Below are positions 11,948-19,521 of a stretch of DNA of 58,622 nucleotides, piece by piece. Source of the stretch: an uncultured Actinomycetes bacterium (GTDB lineage Bacteria; Actinomycetota; Actinomycetes; UBA12327). The notes under the pieces were generated by a model. It was not told the DNA's origin. It made no database searches and saw nothing but the letters and a program-made list of their open reading frames with translations. Each line of letters opens with the position of its first letter. Position 1 is the stretch's first letter. The stretch is from the NCBI GenBank assembly GCA_903920865.1, contig CAIXNN010000060.1, positions 1 to 58,622 on the forward strand, written 5' to 3'. Made by a program: the position numbers and the translations under genes.

Positions 11948-11992
11948 CCGCTAACCGTGGTTCTTTGATCTGCCTGGTGTCGCGAAGGTGAT

Positions 11993-12709
11993 TTAGTACC
12001 ACTGGTGGGACTGCCAGTGCCGCCAAGCACCACAGGGATTGCCATAGCGTCCTGAGATGTAACCAAAACCCCATCTGATTTGGGTGGCTGCATCGTTGCG
12101 CCAGTCAGGTCCGGCCGAAGCCATTTTCGATCCTGGCAAAGCTTGAGCGATTCCATAAGCACCGCCTGGGCTGCCGGACTGCGTACTCCAGCCACTTTCC
12201 TTCTGCCACAAGTTGTTCAAGCAGGTCCACTGGTCGCCAGTCCAGCCGCGGTCAGCAGCCATCGCTTGGCCTAGCCGACGGTTGGAGCCACCAGAGGGAG
12301 CAACTGAACGAATTGCACTGCGAGATGCACGGGCTGCGGCAGCCTTGCGGGCGGCTGTTCTGCGGGCTGAGGTGGCCTTGCGTGCTGCAGATTTACGGGC
12401 AGCAGCATTACGAACGGCGATCTGGTGCGCCTTGTGGGCTGCACTTTGGAGGGCATCAGCCTTGAGCTTGGCCACATGAGAAGCGTGTCGTTGGCTGGCA
12501 ATCTTGCGAGCCAGCGCCAATCGAGCCTGTCGATCAGCATTGGAACGATTCGCGCGAGCGGGGACATCCGAGCGCACCGCAACGGTGCTGCTGGCCACCG
12601 GCGTGGTCGGGGGTTCGGCTGCAACGACTCCGGCCATAGCGGTCGTACCGCCAAAGACCAAAACCACCGAGGCACCCACCAGGACGGCAGTATGTCGACC
12701 CTTACTCAC
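11993..12709 (-). CDS. Secreted lytic transglycosylase (SLT-like) protein with Ala/Arg-rich linker
   Basis: GTG start (MSKGRH...) after AAAGG; signal peptide; C-terminal CLNNLWQKESGW...GAYGIAQALPGSKM...QIRWGFGYISGRYGNPCGAW domain. Confidence 0.88.
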   Translation of the reverse strand: MSKGRHTAVLVGASVVLVFGGTTAMAGVVAAEPPTTPVASSTVAVRSDVPARANRSNADRQARLALARKIASQRHASHVAKLKADALQSAAHKAHQIAVRNAAARKSAARKATSARRTAARKAAAARASRSAIRSVAPSGGSNRRLGQAMAADRGWTGDQWTCLNNLWQKESGWSTQSGSPGGAYGIAQALPGSKMASAGPDWRNDAATQIRWGFGYISGRYGNPCGAWRHWQSHQWY

Positions 12710-12719
12710 ATAGAACCTT

Positions 12720-12880
12720 TCGCCAGCACCCAAGCCGTTCGCGCGGGCGCGCTTTTCTCCATGGCACTGGCCCCAAAAATCTGAACGGGAGGCTCTGACC
12801 CTCGCGCTACATGGCGCTCAACGGGCGGCGGGATGACCAATGGGGAATCCGACTTCGGACTTTGGTCTCGCGCTGGAGAA
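12720..12880 (-). promoter_or_regulatory. Candidate structured 5' leader RNA of the transglycosylase gene (family unassigned)
   Basis: Long-range pairing CCAGCGC (12876-12870) with GTGCTGG (12729-12723) closes next to the RBS. Inner stems GACCAA/TTGGTC, GTCCG/CGGAT and CCGTTC/GAACGG. Confidence 0.5.
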
Positions 12881-12888
12881 CTACCAAT

Positions 12889-12919
12889 ACCCTGCCCTAT
12901 GGGTAGGGTCTTAGGTCAA
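12889..12919 (-). promoter_or_regulatory. Putative promoter (TTGACC, 19 nt spacer, CAGGGT) overlapped by a 21-bp dyad
   Basis: ACCCTGCCC-TAT-GGGTAGGGT palindrome at 12889-12909 (1 mismatch); minus-strand TTGACC at 12919-12914. Confidence 0.4.
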
Positions 12920-12985
12920 GTCAGGGGGTCGTGGGGAACATCACAAAGACCATTTCTAGGCGTAAATCCGGAAAATTGTTACCAG

Positions 12986-12994
12986 TTATCCACA
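12986..12994 (+). promoter_or_regulatory. DnaA-box consensus
   Basis: Exact TTATCCACA in an intergenic divergent promoter region. Confidence 0.4.
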
Positions 12995-13182
12995 GGACCT
13001 TCGGCGATTTTCTCACAATATGGACACTGCCCTCGAGCTTTCGAGCATCCCTGATCAGACGATGACTTAGTTCTCCGACCATTCCGGGGGAGGTTCTCAG
13101 CAGCGGCAAAGTGCCAAAAGTCCTTATGCCTGACGTATCCTGATCCAACGAGCTCGTACCTTCCCCGTCAGACAGGAATCCT

Positions 13183-14379
13183 GTGACTTCGAGCGTTGAA
13201 TCTGTGCCTGCCATGAGTTCGTCCACCACGTGCGAACTCTCGATCGTCATGCCTTGCCTGGACGAAGCCGAGACCATTGAGATTTGCATCAGTAAGGCTC
13301 AGGGCTATTTGGCTAAAAGTGGGGTCAATGGCGAAGTAGTGATCGCAGACAACGGCAGTACCGATGGCTCCCAGGACTTAGCCCGAGCCTTGGGCGCCCG
13401 AGTCATTGATGTGCCCACCCGCGGATATGGGGCAGCCTTGATTGCCGGCATTAGTGCGGCCGAAGGCACCTTCATCATCATGGGCGATGCAGACGATAGC
13501 TACGACTTCTCCAACCTTGATCCCTTCGTGGATCAACTGCGTGGCGGGGCTGATCTGGTGATGGGCAACCGCTTCAAGGGTGGCATCGCGCCAGGGGCAA
13601 TGCCCAAACTTCACAGATATCTAGGCAATCCGGTGCTCTCCTTTATCGGTCGCCTGTTCTTTAGGTCCCCCATCGGCGACTTCCACTGTGGGCTTCGAGG
13701 ATTTCGCCGCGATTGCGCGCTAGCCCTGGACCTACGGACCACTGGCATGGAGTTTGCTTCCGAACTTGTGGTCAAAGCAACCTTGGCCGAGAAAAAAATC
13801 GTTGAGGTGCCCACCACTTTGAGCAAAGACGGCCGCACCAGGCCACCACACCTGCGCAGCTGGCGTGACGGCTGGCGACACCTGCGTTTCCTCTTGCTCT
13901 ATAGCCCTCGATGGCTCTTCTTGTATCCGGGTTATGTCGCGATGGCCATTGGTGCCACCGGGCTGGTCCTACTTGGCTCGGGTACGTGGACCCCAGGGCA
14001 AGGGCGCTTTGCTGAGGGTCTGCTGGTGGCCGCCGGTGGATCCCTCATCGCTGGATTTCAAGCAGTCCTGTTTGCTTTCCTAGCCCAAGAATTTGCCGCT
14101 ACCGAGCGCCTGCTTCCACCCACCAAGAACCGGTTGCGGCATCGCATCAGTTTCGAAAGCGGCCTGGTCGTTGGTGTACTGCTTTTCGTAGCTGGATTAG
14201 TGGCCCTAATTGTGAGTTTGGGGTTGTCAACGGGAAGCTCGCCAACGGCAGCAGATGCCAGTTTGGCCTTTCGATTGGGAACCTGCGCCGTAGTGGTCAT
14301 CGTCTTAGGGATTCAGGTCGCCCTGGGAACTAGCTTCCTGAGTTTGCTTGACCTTCGCCGCCTTGACAGTTCAACCTAA
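13183..14379 (+). CDS. Glycosyltransferase family 2 (polyprenol-phosphate sugar synthase, DPM1-like) with C-terminal TM helices
   Basis: SIVMPCLDE, IADNGSTDGS, GYGAA, MGDADDSY (DxD), DFHCGLRG and PHLRSWRDGWRHL motifs. Confidence 0.9.
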   Translation: MTSSVESVPAMSSSTTCELSIVMPCLDEAETIEICISKAQGYLAKSGVNGEVVIADNGSTDGSQDLARALGARVIDVPTRGYGAALIAGISAAEGTFIIMGDADDSYDFSNLDPFVDQLRGGADLVMGNRFKGGIAPGAMPKLHRYLGNPVLSFIGRLFFRSPIGDFHCGLRGFRRDCALALDLRTTGMEFASELVVKATLAEKKIVEVPTTLSKDGRTRPPHLRSWRDGWRHLRFLLLYSPRWLFLYPGYVAMAIGATGLVLLGSGTWTPGQGRFAEGLLVAAGGSLIAGFQAVLFAFLAQEFAATERLLPPTKNRLRHRISFESGLVVGVLLFVAGLVALIVSLGLSTGSSPTAADASLAFRLGTCAVVVIVLGIQVALGTSFLSLLDLRRLDSST

Positions 14380-14384
14380 GGATC

Positions 14385-16496
14385 ATGTTCACCGCAGCTG
14401 TTCGCACTCTTCGCTATCACTGGGTGATGGCCTTATTGGTGATCTCTGGTGTTGTCCTGCGAGTGCTTACGGTTCTGGCCTACAAGCCAGCCTTGATGTT
14501 TTTTGGTGACTCGTATGCCTACGTGGTTGCCGCCCAACGATTTCAGCCGCCCAACGATCGCCCCTTTGGCTATGCCTTTGTTTTGCGATTGATTAGCTAC
14601 GTTGGAAATCTTGGAACGGTCACCATCCTTCAACACATCCTTGGGCTTGCCCTAGCAATTATTTTGTATATCGTCATCTTGCGTCGCGGCGCCCCACGCT
14701 GGCTTGCAGCACTAGCGGCAACCCCACTGATACTCGATGCCTACATCATTCAAATTGAACACAACATTTTGAGCGAGACGATGTTTGCATCGCTTCTATT
14801 GGGCGCGGTATTGATCGCTACCCGCGAGGAGCTAACCCCACGTTGGGCTGTCGCAGCTGGACTGTTTCTGGCTGCAGCTGCGCTAACCAGAACCGTGGCA
14901 ATCCCCATCGCCGTGATCTTTATCGCCTACTTCCTGGTGCGCAAATTGGGTCGGCAAGTAGTGATGGGATTCGTCTTAGCGATGGCAATTCCGATCATTT
15001 GGTACATGAGCTGGTTCGCGTCGTACTACAACACGTTTGCCACTACAGACAGTGGCGGTCGCTTCCTTTACGGCCGTGTTGCTGTCTTTGCTGACTGCTC
15101 AAAAACCCAGCTCAACGACGCTGAGGCAACACTGTGCGACAACGCTGCGCCACAACTTCGCCCCAACGCCAACTTCTACGTGTGGGCTTCAGATTCGCCC
15201 CTTCAGGCCGTCAATGTTTACGATGGAAACACCGACAAGGTTGCATCAAGTTTTTCAAAGAAAATCATTCTGGCTCAGCCCGTGACTTACCTCAGTTACG
15301 TCACCACGGATTTCTTTCACTATTTCGCACTCGGTAAATACACAACACGAGTTGACTCACCCCTGGGCGCTTGGCAATTCCCTGTGACCTACAGCGATCC
15401 TGTTGCCAGTAGCGCCATTGCACAAAACGATCTCCAAGGAAATCCCATCCAGCCGCTTATGCGACTTGGATTAGCTCAATTCCTGAAGGCTTACCAATCC
15501 ATCGTTTACACCCAAGGCCCGCTTCTTTTGGCCGGTGCAATTTTGGGGCTTCTTGCCAGTTTCCTGTCCCGCGGAAGACGACGCTGGGATGGAGCCTTCG
15601 TATCCCTTGTGGGAATCTCGGTACTGGCTATCCCGTGCTTCACCGTGATGTTTGATTACCGATACGGCCTGCCAGTAATCCCGCTATTTATGCTCTCGGG
15701 GGCTATCGGGATACAAGCCATCCTTGAACGTCGGGCAGCCAAGGTCAGCGCCGAGTTGCCGCTTCAAGCAGAATCTGACCTGCCTCAAGGTGAGGTGGCG
15801 GATACCAATGCAACTCCCCCAAGCCGTCATAAACCAGCCTCAAGACCGCAACGTCCGGGTTGGGTTGTTGCCTTCTGGGCTGGGGGCATTGCAGCGATCG
15901 TGACCACGGTGGCGTGGTCGGCGCCACTGGTTCGAAATCCGGCCTTTGAGGCATACATCAGTTACCGAGCAAGCATGGGCCCATTGGGACCCGCGCTTTC
16001 GAACCGTGTACCGGTCGATGGGGTTAACGACGTCACCGATCAAAAATTCGTCAGTGGCGACATCGTTGCCACCTCAACGGGAGCCGTTGTCATTCCACAA
16101 CGATTCATGGATGGCGTAGAAAAAGCAGGTGGACTTGAAGTTCTTGGAGCCGCGCGGGGTCGTGAAACGCAAACTTCTTACAACCCCGGTTTGCGCTACG
16201 TCACCTTTGACAATGGGGCCGTGTTTTGGTCAAGGCTTGGTGGAGCGCACGCTGTCTATGGTGATGTGTACGACGCATGGGTTGGATCAAAAATTCGCGG
16301 TCGCCTTCGCGAACCCATCGCCGATGCGCAAACAACCCCCGTAGGTGGGGCATTTCAAAAATTTGCTGGTGGCTCGATTACCGAATTCGCCGATGGCTCG
16401 GTCAAGATTGCGGTCAACCCTGTTCGACCTAGCGGGGAGCCGTCAACTGCGACCACTGTGGACCCAAACCGGCCTGCATCGGCCACGAAACCTTAG
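14385..16496 (+). CDS. Multi-pass GT-C/PMT-like glycosyltransferase fused to C-terminal LGFP-like repeats
   Basis: About 11-12 TM segments with FGDSYAY, RPFGY, EHNILSE and FDYRY motifs. A Pro-rich linker and TM helix follow, then GAVFWS..GAHAVYGDVYDAW...LREPIAD...FQKFAGGSI. Confidence 0.7.
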   Translation: MFTAAVRTLRYHWVMALLVISGVVLRVLTVLAYKPALMFFGDSYAYVVAAQRFQPPNDRPFGYAFVLRLISYVGNLGTVTILQHILGLALAIILYIVILRRGAPRWLAALAATPLILDAYIIQIEHNILSETMFASLLLGAVLIATREELTPRWAVAAGLFLAAAALTRTVAIPIAVIFIAYFLVRKLGRQVVMGFVLAMAIPIIWYMSWFASYYNTFATTDSGGRFLYGRVAVFADCSKTQLNDAEATLCDNAAPQLRPNANFYVWASDSPLQAVNVYDGNTDKVASSFSKKIILAQPVTYLSYVTTDFFHYFALGKYTTRVDSPLGAWQFPVTYSDPVASSAIAQNDLQGNPIQPLMRLGLAQFLKAYQSIVYTQGPLLLAGAILGLLASFLSRGRRRWDGAFVSLVGISVLAIPCFTVMFDYRYGLPVIPLFMLSGAIGIQAILERRAAKVSAELPLQAESDLPQGEVADTNATPPSRHKPASRPQRPGWVVAFWAGGIAAIVTTVAWSAPLVRNPAFEAYISYRASMGPLGPALSNRVPVDGVNDVTDQKFVSGDIVATSTGAVVIPQRFMDGVEKAGGLEVLGAARGRETQTSYNPGLRYVTFDNGAVFWSRLGGAHAVYGDVYDAWVGSKIRGRLREPIADAQTTPVGGAFQKFAGGSITEFADGSVKIAVNPVRPSGEPSTATTVDPNRPASATKP

Positions 16497-17260
16497 TTTC
16501 CGTAACGCCGACTTCGAGCTGCGAAGTCTCGCAAGGCTCTAAGGAAGTCCACCCGTCGAAAATCAGGCCAATACGCTTCACAAAAATAGAATTCAGAATG
16601 AGCGCTTTGCCACAGCAGGAATCCAGAGAGTCGTTGTTCCCCTGAGGTACGGATCACTAAGTCAGGATCAGGTTGCCCGCGGGTGTACAGGTGCTCAGCA
16701 ATGTGTTCAATATCGATCAGCTCGGCCAGTTCCTCAATGGAGGTTCCGCGATTGGCGTGTTCTGAGAGCAAACTTCGAACTGCATCAGTGATCTCTCGGC
16801 GCCCGCCATATCCCACTGCAACATTGACGATCAAACCTTTTGTGTCGCAGGTTTGCTCCCCTGCTTGTTTGAGAATCTCCGCTGTATGAACGGGAAGCAG
16901 ATCCAACGCACCCACTGGATTGACTCGCCAGCGACCAGTGGCAGCCAAGTCTTGAACCGTGTGTTCAATAATTCCCATCAATGGAGCCAGTTCGCTTTCA
17001 GGCCGATCTAAGTTGTCGGTGGATAACATCCACAACGTGACCACTTCGACACCTGATTCTTCACACCACGTGACAAATTGCGCGACTTTATCTGCGCCAG
17101 CCTGGTGCCCAGTTTGAGATTGCTCGCCCAGCATCTTGGCCCACCGGCGGTTCCCATCAAGAATGACGCCAACATGCCGCGGAATCCGATCATCACGAAG
17201 GGATGCCGCTAGTCGACGCTCATACGCGCCGTAAAGCAAGTCACGCAAGGCCACAGTCAA
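16493..17260 (-). CDS. uppS: cis-isoprenyl diphosphate synthase (Rv1086-like short-chain Z-prenyltransferase, UppS family)
   Basis: PRHVGVILDGNRRWA, LSTDN, GYGGRREI, DLVIRTSGEQRLSGFLLWQ and RRYG motifs. Confidence 0.9.
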   Translation of the reverse strand: MTVALRDLLYGAYERRLAASLRDDRIPRHVGVILDGNRRWAKMLGEQSQTGHQAGADKVAQFVTWCEESGVEVVTLWMLSTDNLDRPESELAPLMGIIEHTVQDLAATGRWRVNPVGALDLLPVHTAEILKQAGEQTCDTKGLIVNVAVGYGGRREITDAVRSLLSEHANRGTSIEELAELIDIEHIAEHLYTRGQPDPDLVIRTSGEQRLSGFLLWQSAHSEFYFCEAYWPDFRRVDFLRALRDFAARSRRYGN

Positions 17261-17393
17261 ACTCCAGCACTGGCTACCAGTTGTTGCCTCAGCCTACTCG
17301 CGGGTGCCAGATAGCCCAAGGGCTTACAAGGTCTTTGCCAAGAAATAGGACGATCTGTCGCGCGCATCGCAGGCAGGGGTCTACGGTGGGCAA

Positions 17394-18044
17394 GTGAACG
17401 AAACCACACTGGCTCAGCCTGCCCCACCGAAGTTGCGGGGCATGTTGCACTTGATCAGCGCACCGATAGCTGCCGCAGTGGGAGTAGTTCTTCTCTTCGT
17501 TGCCGAAACATCCAAGGCGCGAACCGGAGTAGCCATCTACGCTGCAACATTGGCCGGCTTGTTCACCATGAGTGCCATATATCACCGTGGCCGCTGGCAA
17601 CCCACCGCCAAGCAATGGCTACAGCGCATCGATCACTCAATGATTTTCTTGCTCATAGCTGGCACTTACACGCCGTTTTGTCTGCTCGTACTGGCTGGGT
17701 CCACCTCAATCATTGTCTTGAGCCTGGTCTGGGGTGGCGCGATTGCAGGGGTTGTCACCAGGTTGATCTGGCATCGAGCACCCCGTGCCCTTTTCGTACC
17801 CATTTACCTGATCATGGGCTGGACTGCCATTGCGGTTGCTCCGTCCCTTGCCGCGAATGCATCCATTGCAGTGAACGTACTTCTTGTTGCCGGTGGCATT
17901 TTTTATACCGCCGGAGCAATCATTTACGCCACCAAGCGGCCGAATCCGTTTCCCACAGTCTTTGGATTCCATGAGGTATTCCACGCGCTGACTATTGCTG
18001 CTGCTATCTGCCACGCCGCGGCCATCACGCTCGTTCTTATCTAA
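17394..18044 (+). CDS. Hemolysin III / PAQR-family membrane protein (TrhA)
   Basis: PKLRG, SAIYH, RIDHSMIFLLIAGTYTP and FGFHEVFH motifs; about 7 TM helices. Confidence 0.92.
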   Translation: MNETTLAQPAPPKLRGMLHLISAPIAAAVGVVLLFVAETSKARTGVAIYAATLAGLFTMSAIYHRGRWQPTAKQWLQRIDHSMIFLLIAGTYTPFCLLVLAGSTSIIVLSLVWGGAIAGVVTRLIWHRAPRALFVPIYLIMGWTAIAVAPSLAANASIAVNVLLVAGGIFYTAGAIIYATKRPNPFPTVFGFHEVFHALTIAAAICHAAAITLVLI

Positions 18045-18356
18045 TTACGCACTGGCTCCAAGTTGGTCCCGAGCTTGCTTGGTGATGCCGCGTTCAACAA
18101 CAAATGAAACAAAGGGAATGCAGCCTGCGATCATGACCCACACCATCCGACCAAGATTCCACTTCGCCCTGATGAATAGATCGAAAACCGTCACGACATA
18201 GAGCATGAACATCAGCCCATGGAACGGGGAAAATATCTCGGAGGGTCGCGGCTGATTGCCGACGTAGTGAAGCGGGATCATCACGAAAACCAAAATGATC
18301 AGGCTCACGCCAGTGACATAGGCCATGACCCGGTACCGCGTTAGCGCTGCATTCAC
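18045..18356 (-). CDS. DUF3817-family membrane protein
   Basis: LTRYRVMAYVTG...HG..FMLY...AGCIPFVSFVVER. Confidence 0.85.
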   Translation of the reverse strand: MNAALTRYRVMAYVTGVSLIILVFVMIPLHYVGNQPRPSEIFSPFHGLMFMLYVVTVFDLFIRAKWNLGRMVWVMIAGCIPFVSFVVERGITKQARDQLGASA

Positions 18357-18397
18357 GACTACTCCGTTTCTGTGGGCGTACGTATTGGTCTAACAGG

Positions 18398-19354
18398 TTA
18401 GCTATCTTGCGATCCAATGGGCCGACCAGAAGGTGGTGGCGGGCCCGATGTCTTGACTCGCGGTTCGGGAGCCTGCGGCACTTCTGGGCTAGGTATTGGG
18501 GTCGGAATCTCAACGACTTCAGCCTGTGAAACCGCAGCGATCGGAAGTTCGCCGTACCGGCGCCATTCGACCCGCAAAAGTCTGATGTAAACAAAGAGAG
18601 CGAAGAACGCAAACACGCTCCATTGAATCGTGTACAGCACATTTTGAACTCGAAGCCCTCTTGGCGGCAGCACTAGTGAGGAATCAGGTAATGCGAAAAC
18701 GCCTTGCACCGCAGGACTTTCCGAGGAAGCGATGATGAAGCCTGGTCGGATCGGTCCATCGACTAAGCCAGCAATTTCTGGGGTGGCAACACCGCCTAAT
18801 ACCTGGCCCTTGGGATAGGTGAGTTTCAAGCCGTTGGTGCTGGGCGCAAGGCCAAGATCTTGTGAGGCTTGGAGCCTTCCAGTAACACCAATGCGCCCAC
18901 CGGGAATGGCTACTTGTCGACCAGCATCAATAAATGGCAACGCGCCATGAACCACCGGGATGAAACTTCCATCATCAAGGCGCAATGGAGTCATCGCCCA
19001 GGCCACCGTGCCTTGTTGTGTCGACTCCAACACCACATAGGTTTGCTGCCCGTCAAAGGTTCCCGCTGCGGCCACGCTGCGTCCTACCTCAGAGTTTGAA
19101 ACGATCGCGGTGTTGATTTTGCTCACTTGATCAATAGAGACCTGCGGCTTCTTCAGCGGGTCGAGGATCCGGGAGTGGGCACGATCCCATTGCCAGATCG
19201 CCAGTAGGCAAAAACTGATCGCGACCACGACCAGGAGTGCGTGCAAAATCACGGCTTTGGGAGAGAGCAGGAACTTTCCTACAGAGGGCGTGGGCGCGTC
19301 TGGCTCAGCCGTGCTCCAGGCTCCCCCAGCACTGACACCACCCTGATCGCTCAC
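18398..19354 (-). CDS. SURF1-family protein
   Basis: TM helix plus LAIWQWDRA, MTPLRL..G...PVVHG, and NVLYTIQWSVFA plus a second TM helix. Start placed at GTG 19354, 7 nt after TAGCGT; the ORF extends to 19480. Confidence 0.8.
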   Translation of the reverse strand: MSDQGGVSAGGAWSTAEPDAPTPSVGKFLLSPKAVILHALLVVVAISFCLLAIWQWDRAHSRILDPLKKPQVSIDQVSKINTAIVSNSEVGRSVAAAGTFDGQQTYVVLESTQQGTVAWAMTPLRLDDGSFIPVVHGALPFIDAGRQVAIPGGRIGVTGRLQASQDLGLAPSTNGLKLTYPKGQVLGGVATPEIAGLVDGPIRPGFIIASSESPAVQGVFALPDSSLVLPPRGLRVQNVLYTIQWSVFAFFALFVYIRLLRVEWRRYGELPIAAVSQAEVVEIPTPIPSPEVPQAPEPRVKTSGPPPPSGRPIGSQDS

Positions 19355-19521
19355 ATCCGACACGCTAACGCCAGGACGGGTAGGGCGACCACCCGGATGG
19401 CCTTTCTCCCCCTTGATTGAGCCCCAGAACTCAGTGCCTGGCGGGGTCAAGGTTTGCCCTTGGCTGGCCGATACCTCCAATACGCCGTTTGGGCGATATC
19501 AGTGGTGAGGAGGCAAGGCCC

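Noticed and set aside
12720-12900. c-di-AMP (ydaO) riboswitch expected upstream of a muralytic gene
   Set aside because: Hallmark conserved strings were not found on the coding strand; reported instead as an unassigned leader.
12921-13289. 122-aa minus-strand ORF in the divergent intergenic region
   Set aside because: It overlaps the GT2 start antisense, has no recognisable motif and covers probable promoter elements.
18094-18642. 182-aa minus-strand ORF bridging SURF1 and DUF3817 (possible frameshift fusion)
   Set aside because: Both genes are complete in their own frames, and the alternative-frame product is not protein-like.
19395-19465. Minus-strand GGCAAACCTTGA...TCAAGG hairpin between SURF1 and the GGDEF-EAL gene as a class I c-di-GMP riboswitch
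   Set aside because: No GNRA tetraloop or GACGCAAAGC junction, and SURF1 appears leaderless. Treated as an unassigned inverted repeat.
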